Part shown: piece by piece, positions 38,515 to 49,868 of the stretch
How the letters are laid out: every line of letters starts with the position of its first letter
Position numbering within the stretch: position 1 is the stretch's first letter
From: an uncultured Alphaproteobacteria bacterium
GTDB taxonomy: Bacteria > Pseudomonadota > Alphaproteobacteria > RF32 > CAG-239
Length of the DNA stretch: 64,000 bases
Direction of reading: 5' to 3'
Assembly: GCA_949493535.1 (NCBI GenBank)
Contig: CASZWJ010000001.1
Coordinates: 140,850-204,849 of the forward strand
Made by a program: the position numbers and the translations under genes
The notes under the pieces: generated by a model
Told to the model about the DNA's origin: nothing
Databases searched by the model: none
Seen by the model: the letters and a program-made list of their open reading frames with translations, nothing else

Positions 38515-38739
38515 TTGTCGAAATTTGTTAATGTGACGTTCAAAATGCTTTATCCCGATTTGAGACAAGCTTTGATTGGAATCGGTGCTGATAAAGAGGT
38601 GTTGAATTCTGCGACCTGGTGTGAAGAGAAAGATAGAAATGATGCTTGGAAGTTGAGCTTTAACAATGGTTGTATTAGCCGCGCTTATCGAGACGGTTTT
38701 TACTCCTTTGTTCGTCCGGTTCTTATTTTGCCTGATTGA
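38515..38739 (+). pseudogene. fragment of a DUF1566 (Lcl C-terminal-like) domain protein
   Basis: 74-aa ORF. ...AWKLSFNNGCISRAYRDGFYSFVRPV matches only the C-terminal half of DUF1566 (...aWyvnFsnG.....yyvRcVR). The N-terminal WRLPT half is missing. Confidence 0.35.
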
Positions 38740-38759
38740 TTTTGTGCGACTTACTAATG

Positions 38760-38800
38760 AAAAAGGGTTCCTGAGAAAATCGGGAACCCTTTTGTTTTAT
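38760..38800. terminator. bidirectional rho-independent terminator
   Basis: AAAA, then GGGTTCC-tgagaaaatc-GGAACCC, then TTTTGTTTT. Lies between the convergent 38515 ORF and typA. Confidence 0.7.
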
Positions 38801-40620
38801 TAATCGGCAATATCCGGTTTTTGGCGTTTGCGCTGCAACGGATCAAGAATCCGTTTGCGCAGACGCAGGCTTTTGGGTGTTACTTCCAAAAGTTCATCTG
38901 CTTGAATATAGGACAAGCCTTGTTCCAGAGATATTTTGCGCGGCGGAATCAAGTCAATGGCATCGTCTTTGCCGGCAGCGCGGATATTGGTCAGCTGTTT
39001 TGACTTGGTCGGGTTGACTTCCAAATCATTCGGTTTGGTGTGTTCGCCGATAATCATGCCGACATAAACCGGAGAGTTGTGTTCAATGAACATCGGGCCG
39101 CGGTCTTGCAGTTTCCATAAAGAATAAGCAATAGCCGTACCTGCTTCGGAAGAAATCAGAACACCGTTGCGGCGGCCTTCGATTTCACCTTTGAACGGCT
39201 GATATTCTTTAAAGCTGCGGTTCATGACACCGGTTCCTCTGGTGTCGGTTAAAAATTCGGAGTGGTAACCGATTAAACCGCGGGAAGGCGCATTGAAGAC
39301 CAAGCGGACTTTGTTGCCGATTTGCGACGGAATCATATCGAGCATTTCTGCGCGGCGAGAGCCGAGTTTTTCAACAACAGTACCGGAAAATTCTTCATCA
39401 ACGTCAACAACGACTTCTTCAACCGGTTCCAGCAGATTGCCGTTTTCGTCTTTGTGCATTAAAACGCGCGGGCGGGAAATTGAAAGTTCAAAACCTTCGC
39501 GGCGCATGGTTTCAATCAAAACGCCCAGTTGCAATTCGCCGCGTCCGGCGACTTCAAATGAATCCGAACTGTCGGTACGGGAGATTTTGAGGGCGATGTT
39601 GCCTTCGGCTTCTTTGCAAAGACGATCCCAAATCATACGGGAAGTAACTTTATCGCCTTCGCGTCCGGCCAAAGGAGAATCGTTAATTGAGAAGGTCATT
39701 GACAATGTCGGCGGGTCAATCGGCTGTGCCGGAATATGCTCGTTAACATCAAAAGCGCAGATTGTATCGGCAACGGTACCTTTAACAATACCGGCAACGG
39801 CAATGATGTCGCCGGCGTGCGCTTCTTCCAAAGCTTCGCGATTTAAGCCGCGGTATGCCAGAATCTTGCTGATGCGGACTCTTTCAAGCTCTTTGTTTTC
39901 GGCGTTCAAGACTTTGACCATGTCATTTACTTTGAGGCTACCGCTTTGAACTTTACCGGTCAACAGACGACCGATGAATTTGTCAGCTTCCAAAGTGGTG
40001 GCCAGCATTGAAAAAGGTTTGTCCGGCTGGCAGTTCGGTTTGGGAACATAAGAGCAAATCAGTTCAAACAACGGGCTTAAATCTTTTTTCTCGTCATTCA
40101 TGTCTTTAACGGCCCAGCCGTTGCGTCCGGAAGCATAAAGAACAGGGAAATCCAGCTGTTCGTCATTAGCATTCAAGCTGACAAACAAATCAAAAATTTC
40201 ATCAAGCACTTCATCGGCGCGGGCATCGGCTTTGTCAGCCTTGTTGATAACGACAATCGGTTTTAAGCCGAGTTTCAAAGCTTTTCCGGTAACGAACTTG
40301 GTTTGCGGCATCGGGCCTTCTGAAGCGTCAACCAGCAGAACAACGCCGTCGACCATAGATAAAATACGTTCGACTTCGCCGCCGAAATCAGCGTGTCCCG
40401 GTGTGTCTACAATGTTGATGTGGATGCCGTTCCAATTAACGGAAGTGCATTTTGACAGAATGGTAATGCCTCTTTCACGTTCCAAATCGTTGCTGTCCAT
40501 AACGCAGGTTTCAACCTTTTGGTTGTCACGGAACGTGCCGCTTTGTTTTAAAAGTCCGTCAACCATTGTGGTTTTGCCGTGGTCGACGTGGGCAATTATT
40601 GCAATATTCCTTAATTCCAT
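38800..40620 (-). CDS. typA: translational GTPase TypA/BipA
   Basis: MELRNIAIIAHVDHGKTT, DTPGHADF, NKAD. 606 aa. Confidence 0.92.
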   Translation of the reverse strand: MELRNIAIIAHVDHGKTTMVDGLLKQSGTFRDNQKVETCVMDSNDLERERGITILSKCTSVNWNGIHINIVDTPGHADFGGEVERILSMVDGVVLLVDASEGPMPQTKFVTGKALKLGLKPIVVINKADKADARADEVLDEIFDLFVSLNANDEQLDFPVLYASGRNGWAVKDMNDEKKDLSPLFELICSYVPKPNCQPDKPFSMLATTLEADKFIGRLLTGKVQSGSLKVNDMVKVLNAENKELERVRISKILAYRGLNREALEEAHAGDIIAVAGIVKGTVADTICAFDVNEHIPAQPIDPPTLSMTFSINDSPLAGREGDKVTSRMIWDRLCKEAEGNIALKISRTDSSDSFEVAGRGELQLGVLIETMRREGFELSISRPRVLMHKDENGNLLEPVEEVVVDVDEEFSGTVVEKLGSRRAEMLDMIPSQIGNKVRLVFNAPSRGLIGYHSEFLTDTRGTGVMNRSFKEYQPFKGEIEGRRNGVLISSEAGTAIAYSLWKLQDRGPMFIEHNSPVYVGMIIGEHTKPNDLEVNPTKSKQLTNIRAAGKDDAIDLIPPRKISLEQGLSYIQADELLEVTPKSLRLRKRILDPLQRKRQKPDIAD

Positions 40621-40657
40621 AATATTATTTCTTTCCTAAATGGTCGTCATGTCATGA

Positions 40658-40701
40658 TTTTGATAACCTCGTGTACTGTTTTGTACACGTCGGTATCAAA
40701 A
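40658..40701 (+). repeat. GTAC-core hairpin element (copy I)
   Basis: TTTTGATAAC pairs with GGTATCAAAA, enclosing the perfect palindrome CGTGTAC-tgtttt-GTACACG. Lies in the typA upstream region. Confidence 0.55.
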
Positions 40702-40842
40702 TTATTTCCAGCACAACCATTTATCAAAGAAATGGCGGCTTCATAAATCTGACATGAAATCTAAAATTCGTTCCTAACATACCAAGATAAAATTAAATTA
40801 CAAGAATTTAGTATAAAAATTTGTCGTTTTTTCTTTTACAGA

Positions 40843-40880
40843 TTTAAGAAAAGCCGAACATTTCGGTTCGGCTTTTGAGA
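40843..40880 (-). terminator. terminator of the PfkB-kinase gene
   Basis: Perfect 10-bp stem AAAGCCGAAC / GTTCGGCTTT with loop atttc. T-rich on the minus-strand 3' side. Confidence 0.6.
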
Positions 40881-40894
40881 TGATTTTTTTTACG

Positions 40895-41917
40895 TTATGG
40901 GCGGATGCCATATTCGGTGAGTTTTTTGCGGACAAAACCGCGCAAAGAAATCTCCGGTCTGGCGCCATAGTGCGAAATGATTTCCGAGGCGGCAATGCTG
41001 CCGATGATGGCGCTGGTGCCGAGAGAGCGTCCCTGAGTTAAGCCGTATAAGAAACCGGCGGCATATAAATCGCCGGCACCGGTCGTATCAACGACATCGG
41101 CCACTTTCTCCGCTTCGACAAAAGTTTTGGTGCGGCCGTTAATAACAACCGAGCCTTTGGCGCTGCGGGTAATTGCAGCGATTTCGACATCGGGTTTTAT
41201 CATATCCAAGGTTTTGTAAAAGTCTTCTTCATCATAAAGGCTTTTGATTTCTTCTTCGTTGCAAAACAGGATGTCTACATATTGTTTAATCAGGCGGATA
41301 AATTCGCCGCGGTGGCGTTTGACGCAGGAACAGTCAGACAGGCTGAAAGCAACTTTACGATGATGTTTTTTTGCCAGCTTGCAGGCTTTTAACATGGCTT
41401 TTTGTGCGGAATATTGATCCCAGAGATAGCCTTCGAGATAGATGATTTTAGCGGCGCTGATAATATTTTCGTCAATATCGGCAGTTGAAAGTCTGCGTGC
41501 GGCGCCGAGATATGTGAACATTGTGCGTTCGGCATCGGGGGTGATGAGGACGATGCTGCGTCCGGTGACCGGCCCTTCATTGAGTGCAGGCGTGTCAAAG
41601 TCAACGCCGGCCGCGCCGATGTCGCGTTTGAATGTTTGTCCGAGTTCGTCATCATGAACTTTGCCGATGAAAGCAGGGGTTCCGCCGAGGGAAGCCAAGG
41701 CAGCAACGGTGTTGGCTGCCGAACCGCCGGAAACTTCGCGTTCGGGAATCAAATCCTGATAAATTTTGCCGGCATCCACGGCTTCAACAAGTGTCATGCC
41801 GCCTTTTTTTAATTGGCGTTCGGTTAAAAAGCCTTCGCCGACTTTTGCCAGAACGTCAACAATAGCGTTGCCAATTCCTACAACATCGTAGAAAGTGTTG
41901 TCAGCTTTTGTAATCAT
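40895..41917 (-). CDS. PfkB-family carbohydrate/adenosine kinase
   Basis: N-terminal VVGIGNAIVDV and C-terminal DTTGAGDLYAAGFLYG motifs of the ribokinase/adenosine kinase family. Confidence 0.75.
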   Translation of the reverse strand: MITKADNTFYDVVGIGNAIVDVLAKVGEGFLTERQLKKGGMTLVEAVDAGKIYQDLIPEREVSGGSAANTVAALASLGGTPAFIGKVHDDELGQTFKRDIGAAGVDFDTPALNEGPVTGRSIVLITPDAERTMFTYLGAARRLSTADIDENIISAAKIIYLEGYLWDQYSAQKAMLKACKLAKKHHRKVAFSLSDCSCVKRHRGEFIRLIKQYVDILFCNEEEIKSLYDEEDFYKTLDMIKPDVEIAAITRSAKGSVVINGRTKTFVEAEKVADVVDTTGAGDLYAAGFLYGLTQGRSLGTSAIIGSIAASEIISHYGARPEISLRGFVRKKLTEYGIRP

Positions 41918-41987
41918 GCTAAAAAATCCAAAAAATTAAACTTACCGCTCATTATTAATCTATATTTGCGGATTCTGCAAGGGGCAA

Positions 41988-42026
41988 AATAAAAAGCCCT
42001 GTCAGATTAACAGGGCTTAAAATTTT
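41988..42026 (-). terminator. terminator of the ferredoxin gene
   Basis: AGCCCTG-tcagattaa-CAGGGCT with TTTTATTTT on the minus-strand 3' side. Confidence 0.65.
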
Positions 42027-42040
42027 CAAAACGCTGAAAA

Positions 42041-42295
42041 TTAGTCGTTGGCATTCGGCCATTCTTTAGATTTTTCTGCGTTGAATTCAATCCATTTCGG
42101 ATCAGCGTCATCAGAGTTGCTGATAGCTTCCTGCGGGCATTCGGAAATGCAAACGCCGCAATCAATGCAAGTGTCAGGATCAACAACAAGCATTGTTTCG
42201 CCTTCGTGGAAAGCGTCAACCGGACAAACATCTGCGCAAGATTTGCATTTGATGCAGGAATCATTAACTACGGATACCATATTGAAAAACTCCAT
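42041..42295 (-). CDS. fdxA: 4Fe-4S ferredoxin
   Basis: 84 aa with two Cys clusters (CIKCKSCADVCPV; CIDCGVCISECP). Confidence 0.8.
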   Translation of the reverse strand: MEFFNMVSVVNDSCIKCKSCADVCPVDAFHEGETMLVVDPDTCIDCGVCISECPQEAISNSDDADPKWIEFNAEKSKEWPNAND

Positions 42296-42363
42296 GTAAT
42301 TACATTAATATCAGCCCTTAATTTACAGAGATTATAATTAAAATCAAGTATTTTGTTGCAAGG

Positions 42364-42396
42364 TGTTGCGAAACGGGCAAATGTTCCCCATATATA
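42364..42396 (+). promoter_or_regulatory. candidate sigma32 (RpoH) heat-shock promoter of htpG
   Basis: TTGCGAAA (-35-like), 12-14 nt spacer, CCCCATATAT (42386-42395), matching CCCCATNT. Confidence 0.5.
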
Positions 42397-42429
42397 AAGA
42401 AAACAAAAGATTATCAGAGGAGTTTTATC

Positions 42430-44268
42430 ATGTCCGAGAAAATGAATTTTCAGGCAGAAGTCAGCAAATTATTAGATATTGTGGTCAATTCTCTTTATTC
42501 GGAAAAATATATTTTTCTGCGGGAGTTGATTTCTAATGCCAGCGATGCCTGTGACAAATTAAAATATTTGGTGCTGACTAATCCGGATATTGCCAAAGAG
42601 TCCGGCGAATTTAAAATTTGGATTACGCCCGATGCCAAAACCGGCACTTTGAAAATTGCCGATAACGGAATCGGCATGAACCGCGATGACCTGATTAACC
42701 ATTTGGGCACTATTGCCAAATCGGGAACGGCCGATTTTGTGAACAATGCCAAAGACAACGGTTCCGGCGTTGATTTAATCGGACAATTCGGCGTGGGTTT
42801 TTATTCGGCCTTTATGGTTGCAAACAAAGTTGAAATCCTGACTAAAAAAGCCGGCGAAGACAAAGCCTGGTTTTGGTCTTCTAATGGTATCGGCGGTTTT
42901 GAAATCCGCGAAGCCGAGAAAAAAACAAACGGTACGGAAATCAAACTCTTTTTGAAAGAAGACGACAAAAACTTTACCGATACGATTTATCTGCGCCATA
43001 TTATCCGCACTTATTCCGACCATATTGATTATCCGATTGTTTTATGTCTGGGCGAGGCCGGCGAAGAAACGGTCAATACCGGTTCCGCTTTATGGGCGCG
43101 GCATAAAAGCGAGATTACCGAAGAACAATATAAAGAATTTTACCACCATATTTCCAAGAATTTTGACGATCCGTGGATGACGCTGCACTTTAAAGCCGAA
43201 GGCAGTATTGAATATACCGGTTTGCTTTATATTCCGAAACAAGCGCCGTATGATTTGTTCCAGCCGGACCGCAAAAACGGTTTGAAACTTTATGTCAACA
43301 AAGTGTTTATTTCCGACAAGGTTGAAGAATTGCTGCCGAGTTATCTGCGTTTTGTCAAAGGCGTGATTGACTCATCCGATTTGCAGCTCAATATTTCGCG
43401 CGAGATGCTGCAGCATAACGCTTTGATTGAAAAAATCAAACACGGTACCGTTTCCCGCCTCTTGAAGGAGTTGAAAAAGCGTTCGGAAAATTATGATGAT
43501 TATCTTGTCTTCTGGAAAGATTTCGGCATTGCTTTTAAGGAAGGCATTTACGAAGATTTTTCGAATCGCGAAGATATTGCCGGCTTGTCCCGTTTCCATT
43601 CAACGCATGATGTTGAGAAATATACGTCGCTTGACGAATATATTTCCCGTGTTCAGGGCGATAAGAAGTTTATCTATTATATTACCGGCGATGATGTGAA
43701 TGTTCTGATGAACAATCCGCAGCTGGAGGCTTTCAAAGCTCAGGGAATCGAAGTTTTGCTGCTGACGGATCCGATTGACGAGTTTTGGACGCAGACTTTG
43801 CCAAACTATAAAGGCTATACGATTAAGCATATTAATCAGGCCGATATCGACTGGAAGCTGGAACGCGGCGAGCAGAAAGCCGCTGACGGCGATATGCAAA
43901 AGTTGGTTGATAAGCTGACCGAAATGTTTAAAAACGAAGTCGGCAAGGTAACAACGACAGACAAACTGACAAAGTCGCCGGCCAGCCTGACGGTTGAAAA
44001 CGGCCAAATGTCTATCCATTTGGAACGTTTGATGCGCAACCACCAGCAGCAGACCGCTTTTGCCAGCACGCGAATATTGGAACTTAATCCTTATCATCCG
44101 CTGATTATCAAGCTTTCGGAAATGGTTGGCGAAAACAAGGATATCGAAAAGGTAGAAGAAGTTTCAAAAATCCTGCTCGACCAAGCCAAGATTGCCGAAG
44201 GCGAAGCTATTTCAGACCCGTCGTTTTATTCGGAAAAATTGTCTGAATATATTTTAAAAGCGATTTAG
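42430..44268 (+). CDS. htpG: chaperone HtpG (Hsp90)
   Basis: N-terminal GHKL ATPase motifs (LISNASDA; IGQFGVGFYS). 612 aa. Confidence 0.95.
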   Translation: MSEKMNFQAEVSKLLDIVVNSLYSEKYIFLRELISNASDACDKLKYLVLTNPDIAKESGEFKIWITPDAKTGTLKIADNGIGMNRDDLINHLGTIAKSGTADFVNNAKDNGSGVDLIGQFGVGFYSAFMVANKVEILTKKAGEDKAWFWSSNGIGGFEIREAEKKTNGTEIKLFLKEDDKNFTDTIYLRHIIRTYSDHIDYPIVLCLGEAGEETVNTGSALWARHKSEITEEQYKEFYHHISKNFDDPWMTLHFKAEGSIEYTGLLYIPKQAPYDLFQPDRKNGLKLYVNKVFISDKVEELLPSYLRFVKGVIDSSDLQLNISREMLQHNALIEKIKHGTVSRLLKELKKRSENYDDYLVFWKDFGIAFKEGIYEDFSNREDIAGLSRFHSTHDVEKYTSLDEYISRVQGDKKFIYYITGDDVNVLMNNPQLEAFKAQGIEVLLLTDPIDEFWTQTLPNYKGYTIKHINQADIDWKLERGEQKAADGDMQKLVDKLTEMFKNEVGKVTTTDKLTKSPASLTVENGQMSIHLERLMRNHQQQTAFASTRILELNPYHPLIIKLSEMVGENKDIEKVEEVSKILLDQAKIAEGEAISDPSFYSEKLSEYILKAI

Positions 44269-44326
44269 GCATTAATTAAATTTTATGTTTTTTGCCATAC
44301 ACTCCTTTTATTCTTAAGAGGAGTGT

Positions 44327-45007
44327 ATGATGCTATATGCGGTTTACGGTTTTGTTTTCGGAATATTCATTCCTTATATGGCGCGCCGTTTTGAAAAATT
44401 TATGCCGGCGACTTTTGCCTATGCTTTATATCAATTGTTTCGTCCGGGGAAATTTCTTTCGTCAGACCAGCGCAGAGATGCACGTTATCTTTGCCTGAAA
44501 AAAAAGTTTTTATGGCGGTCTTTCATGTGGGGGCTTGTTTCATCCGCTCTCAGCTTTGCCGCGGTTTATCAATTCGGAGCGGCACATATTGTCTGGTATT
44601 TGTATTTTATATGGTCTTTGCTGCTGTTGACCGAAATAGACTACCGTATGTATCTTCTGCCGGATATTTTGACAATTCCACTGTTGATTATCGGTTCAGT
44701 TTATGCCGTGCTGGCCGGCGGCTGGCTCAGTCCTGCCGAAAGTTCTCTGGGGGCGCTTGCCGGTTATTTTCTGCCGGTTGTGGCAAGTTTGTTTTTAGTT
44801 TGGAAAGATAAAGATATGTTCGGCGGCGGCGATATAAAACTGCTGGCGGCTATCGGGGCATGGTTCGGGCCGGAAAAACTTATTTATACAATTTTGACGG
44901 CGGTGGTGCTTTTTAGCGTTTATGCTTTGCTTAAGAGGCAGCGTTCGGGGGCATTCGGTCCGGCAATAGCTGCTGCTGCAATTATTATTGCATTCTATTT
45001 CTTTTGA
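44327..45007 (+). CDS. A24-family prepilin peptidase (TadV/CpaA-like, no methyltransferase domain)
   Basis: Polytopic. Catalytic Asp motifs EIDYRMYLLPD and GGGDIKLL. Confidence 0.55.
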   Translation: MMLYAVYGFVFGIFIPYMARRFEKFMPATFAYALYQLFRPGKFLSSDQRRDARYLCLKKKFLWRSFMWGLVSSALSFAAVYQFGAAHIVWYLYFIWSLLLLTEIDYRMYLLPDILTIPLLIIGSVYAVLAGGWLSPAESSLGALAGYFLPVVASLFLVWKDKDMFGGGDIKLLAAIGAWFGPEKLIYTILTAVVLFSVYALLKRQRSGAFGPAIAAAAIIIAFYFF

Positions 45008-45044
45008 GCTAGAATAATATAAATTTATTTTTGAGGATAAGAAC

Positions 45045-45782
45045 ATGAGGTTCAGCGATATAAAAGATTTGATTCCCGGCAAAAAGCGCCGCAAGCAAAA
45101 AGAAGACAAGCGCAAGCTGACAGCTTTGGTTGAAAGCCATAAGTTTGATCTTTTTATCATGTTTATCATTTTGGCCGATGCTGCTGTTTTGGGCTTTATG
45201 ACATCGAACTATATTGATGTTTTCATGGACAATGTTTTGTTCATGTTAGACCGTTTGTTCATGGGCATATTTATTGCCGAAATGCTGATGAAGCTTTATG
45301 TTTACAGAAAAGGTTTTTTCAAAAAAGGCTGGAATGTTTTTGATTTTGTTATCGTTGCCGTTTCATCCGTTCCTTTTGCCAGCGCCTTTATCGTTCTCAG
45401 AACTTTCCGCATTTTCCGCTTGCTGAAATATCTCGGCCGTTTTCCTACTCTGAACGGTATGGTTGAAATTTTTATCAAACTGTTGCCGAATTTTGTTGCA
45501 TTGTTGGCGATTATGGCAGTGATTTTTTATTCTTTTGCGGTTATCGGCGTCAGCTTATATGGCGATGTTTTCAAAGATTTTGACTGCTTGGGCAGCGCGC
45601 TGTTTGTTTTGGTGCAGGCCTTTACCCTTGACGGCTGGGCTTCGTCTATTGCGCGTCCGGTTATGTCTGTTTATCCGGATGCATGGTTATATTTCAGCAC
45701 GTTTATTATGCTTTCGCTGTTGGTTGTGACATCTTTCCTGATGAGCGCAATCTCTAAGACGGTATCTGTTTTCAAAAGATAA
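45045..45782 (+). CDS. voltage-gated ion channel, NaChBac-like 6-TM
   Basis: S4 with R at every third position (LRTFRIFRLLKYLGR). Pore loop FTLDGWAS instead of the NaChBac TLESWAS. Confidence 0.7.
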   Translation: MRFSDIKDLIPGKKRRKQKEDKRKLTALVESHKFDLFIMFIILADAAVLGFMTSNYIDVFMDNVLFMLDRLFMGIFIAEMLMKLYVYRKGFFKKGWNVFDFVIVAVSSVPFASAFIVLRTFRIFRLLKYLGRFPTLNGMVEIFIKLLPNFVALLAIMAVIFYSFAVIGVSLYGDVFKDFDCLGSALFVLVQAFTLDGWASSIARPVMSVYPDAWLYFSTFIMLSLLVVTSFLMSAISKTVSVFKR

Positions 45783-45848
45783 GAACTTTTAGTGCAAAAA
45801 GCCCTGCGCGATAAAAATCGGCAGGGCTTTTTTTAGTTCAAAATCGTT

Positions 45849-46418
45849 TTATTTGCCGGAGCAGAAATGATTGATAACTTCTCCTACTTTGTCCGCATGG
45901 AAAATCAATTCGGGATACATGAACCAAACAGACAAGATTTTTCGGTATTCGACATCCGTGAGGCAGTCAGCCAATGGAGACAGAAGAAAACGCGTCAGTC
46001 CTGTTTCTTCAATGTTTAATGCAGTGCAGCGTTTCAGCTCAAAACCGATTATTCCTGCTTTGTGTTGAGACGCTTTTTCTATTTCGACAAAATAGTTGTA
46101 CGGCAGAAAACCTGACGAATCTTTTGAAGATGAGGAAAGCGCCTGCTCAATATAGTCTTCAACGACAACGTGGCAGAAAACCATAAAATTGCTTTTATAT
46201 TTATGATTGTCGGGAGCCCTTAACATTTCAAGCTGTTTTTGGGGATCCGTTATCAGTGCTTCAAAGTCTTGATAAGCTATGCTTTGGTGGCCGTAAATGA
46301 CGCTGATGATGCCCAAAAAATGTTTTTTTGCTTTTTCAGAGGCTTCAATACCGTTTATCAGATTAAAAATCCGATTTTGTAATTCTTTTGTTTTCATAAT
46401 TTGTTTTTTTATATACAT
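45849..46418 (-). CDS. hypothetical protein (189 aa)
   Basis: ORF only. Divergent from groES. Confidence 0.35.
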   Translation of the reverse strand: MYIKKQIMKTKELQNRIFNLINGIEASEKAKKHFLGIISVIYGHQSIAYQDFEALITDPQKQLEMLRAPDNHKYKSNFMVFCHVVVEDYIEQALSSSSKDSSGFLPYNYFVEIEKASQHKAGIIGFELKRCTALNIEETGLTRFLLSPLADCLTDVEYRKILSVWFMYPELIFHADKVGEVINHFCSGK

Positions 46419-46580
46419 ATCTATAGGTTTCCGGAAACGAGTATACTATGTACAAAAATTTTGTCAAAAACTTTTTCTTGTTATTTTTTTCGATTTTTTT
46501 AATTGAAAACTTGACTTTATCCTTTTTAATGCCTAACTAACCCGATAGATAATTGTATTTAATTTTGGAGATGAATAACT

Positions 46581-46871
46581 ATGACTATTAAACCTCTTCA
46601 GGATCGTGTCCTGGTTAAAAGACTTGATGAAAACACCAAAACGGCCGGCGGCATTATTATTCCCGATACAGCAAAAGAGAAGCCGAGCGAAGGCATTGTT
46701 GAAGCCGTCGGTTCGGGAATGGTTACTCCTGAAGGAAAAGTTATTCCGATGAGCGTTAAGGTCGGCGACAAGGTTTTATTCGGCAAATGGTCCGGTACGG
46801 AAATCAAAGTCAATGGTGAAGACCGTTTAATCATTAAAGAGCCCGAAATCCTCGCAATAATCTCCGAATAA
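46581..46871 (+). CDS. groES: co-chaperonin GroES
   Basis: [35 protein letters not shown]. 96 aa. Confidence 0.95.
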   Translation: MTIKPLQDRVLVKRLDENTKTAGGIIIPDTAKEKPSEGIVEAVGSGMVTPEGKVIPMSVKVGDKVLFGKWSGTEIKVNGEDRLIIKEPEILAIISE

Positions 46872-46875
46872 TGAG

Positions 46876-46965
46876 CATCTAGAGCGATTTATCGTCGGTT
46901 CGAAAAATTCATGTACTTCTATGTACACTAAAATTTTTCTCACCCCTTAAATCACTCTATCTATC
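46876..46965 (+). repeat. full-length nested palindromic intergenic element (copy C) in the groES-groEL spacer
   Basis: Left arm TCTAGAGCGATTTA (46877-90). Core GAAAAATT-ca-TGTAC-ttctat-GTACA-ct-AATTTTTC (46901-38). Right arm AAATCACTCTATCTAT (46948-63). About 90% identical to copy A. Confidence 0.7.
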
Positions 46966-47024
46966 TCATTCTGCGAAGATTAGAAACGTGAAAGTTTTTT
47001 TTAGATAAAATGGAAAGGAATTAA

Positions 47025-48674
<1,650 letters not shown>

Positions 48675-48818
48675 TTCCATTTAATCTTAAAGAAATTAAG
48701 GAGAGCATTAATTGCTCTCCTTTTTTTTGTGGATTTTCGTAAATAGACAAATTTTGGGGAAGGGTGTGTTGACTCAATGTTCAAAATGTGCTATTTTCAG
48801 AGATGAAAAGAAATTATT

Positions 48819-49808
48819 ATGGCTACGAAGATACGATTGTGTATAAAGGTTTATCCTTTCCTGATAATTTTCTTTTTTATGTCTAACAATTTAAATTTTT
48901 TAACTATGTACGGATACGAAAGTGCAGAAGAAAGAAAACAGCGTGAAGAAGAAAAGAAAGCTCAGACGAAAAAAATCATCAAGCTCAGCCTTTGTGGCGT
49001 GTTAGCTCTTGTGGGACTTTTCTTTGTTCTGGGATGTTACTCAGTGATGAGTGCAGAAGAGGTCGGTGTGAAAGTAACTTTAGGTAGTATCGACGATGGT
49101 GTCCATCGCGGTTTCTCCTTCAAGTGGCCTTTCATCTCATCGTTTAAGAGATTCCCGACAACGGCCCAGCGAATCGAGCGTCAGGATGCCGCTTACACGA
49201 AAGACATTCAGACTGCCTCAATCAAGTATGTCGTGACATACCGGATTGTCGATCAGGCTGCCGATGAAATGTACAAGGCGTATGGTATGGCTTACGAGAG
49301 TAAGTTAATCATGCCGGCTCTTGACGGTGTTATCAAAAACGTCGTCGGTCGCTGGAATGCCCAAGAACTTGTCGGCAATCGTGAGAAAGCGAGAATGGAA
49401 ATCCAAGAGCAGCTTCGGAAAGAAATCAATTCGAAGTATATCACGGATATCGTGTATCAGCTTGCAGACGTCGATTATTCCGACGCCTTTGAAAAGTCTA
49501 TCGAAGATAAGGTGATGGCCGAGCAAAAAGCTCTTAAGGCAATCAACGAAACTCGTGAGATTGAAGAAAAGGGACGTCAGAAGATTGTACAGGCTCAGGC
49601 TGATTCCGCAGCGGTGGTTATTGCCTCCAAGGCTAGTGCCGAAGCGCTGGACATCGAAGGTAAGGCTCTTGCCCGCAATGCACAGGCTATCCGCCTGCGC
49701 GAGCTGGAAGTTCAGGCCAAGTTTGCAGAGAAACTTAATCCGCAGACTCTGGTTATCACCGACAGCAAGTCCGGCATGATGCTGAACTTGGGCAACAATG
49801 GAAAGTAA
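48819..49808 (+). CDS. SPFH/Band-7 (prohibitin/HflC-like) membrane protein
   Basis: N-terminal TM followed by an SPFH domain, with a coiled-coil Ala/Gln-rich C-terminus. Confidence 0.7.
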   Translation: MATKIRLCIKVYPFLIIFFFMSNNLNFLTMYGYESAEERKQREEEKKAQTKKIIKLSLCGVLALVGLFFVLGCYSVMSAEEVGVKVTLGSIDDGVHRGFSFKWPFISSFKRFPTTAQRIERQDAAYTKDIQTASIKYVVTYRIVDQAADEMYKAYGMAYESKLIMPALDGVIKNVVGRWNAQELVGNREKARMEIQEQLRKEINSKYITDIVYQLADVDYSDAFEKSIEDKVMAEQKALKAINETREIEEKGRQKIVQAQADSAAVVIASKASAEALDIEGKALARNAQAIRLRELEVQAKFAEKLNPQTLVITDSKSGMMLNLGNNGK

Positions 49809-49868
49809 AAACCTTTGCTTTGCAAAAAAAACATTTGTTTTCCTCCGCTGTGAAGCGGGGGTTTTTTT

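Noticed and set aside
46419-46580. Looked for a CIRCE element and a sigma32 promoter in front of groES.
   Set aside because: No TTAGCACTC-N9-GAGTGCTAA-like inverted repeat. The sigma32-like hexamers are too weak to call.
22254-46965. Considered whether the dispersed repeats could be a CRISPR array or its remnants.
   Set aside because: Copies are tens of kb apart, not in tandem with regular spacers; they are palindromic, and no cas genes are present.
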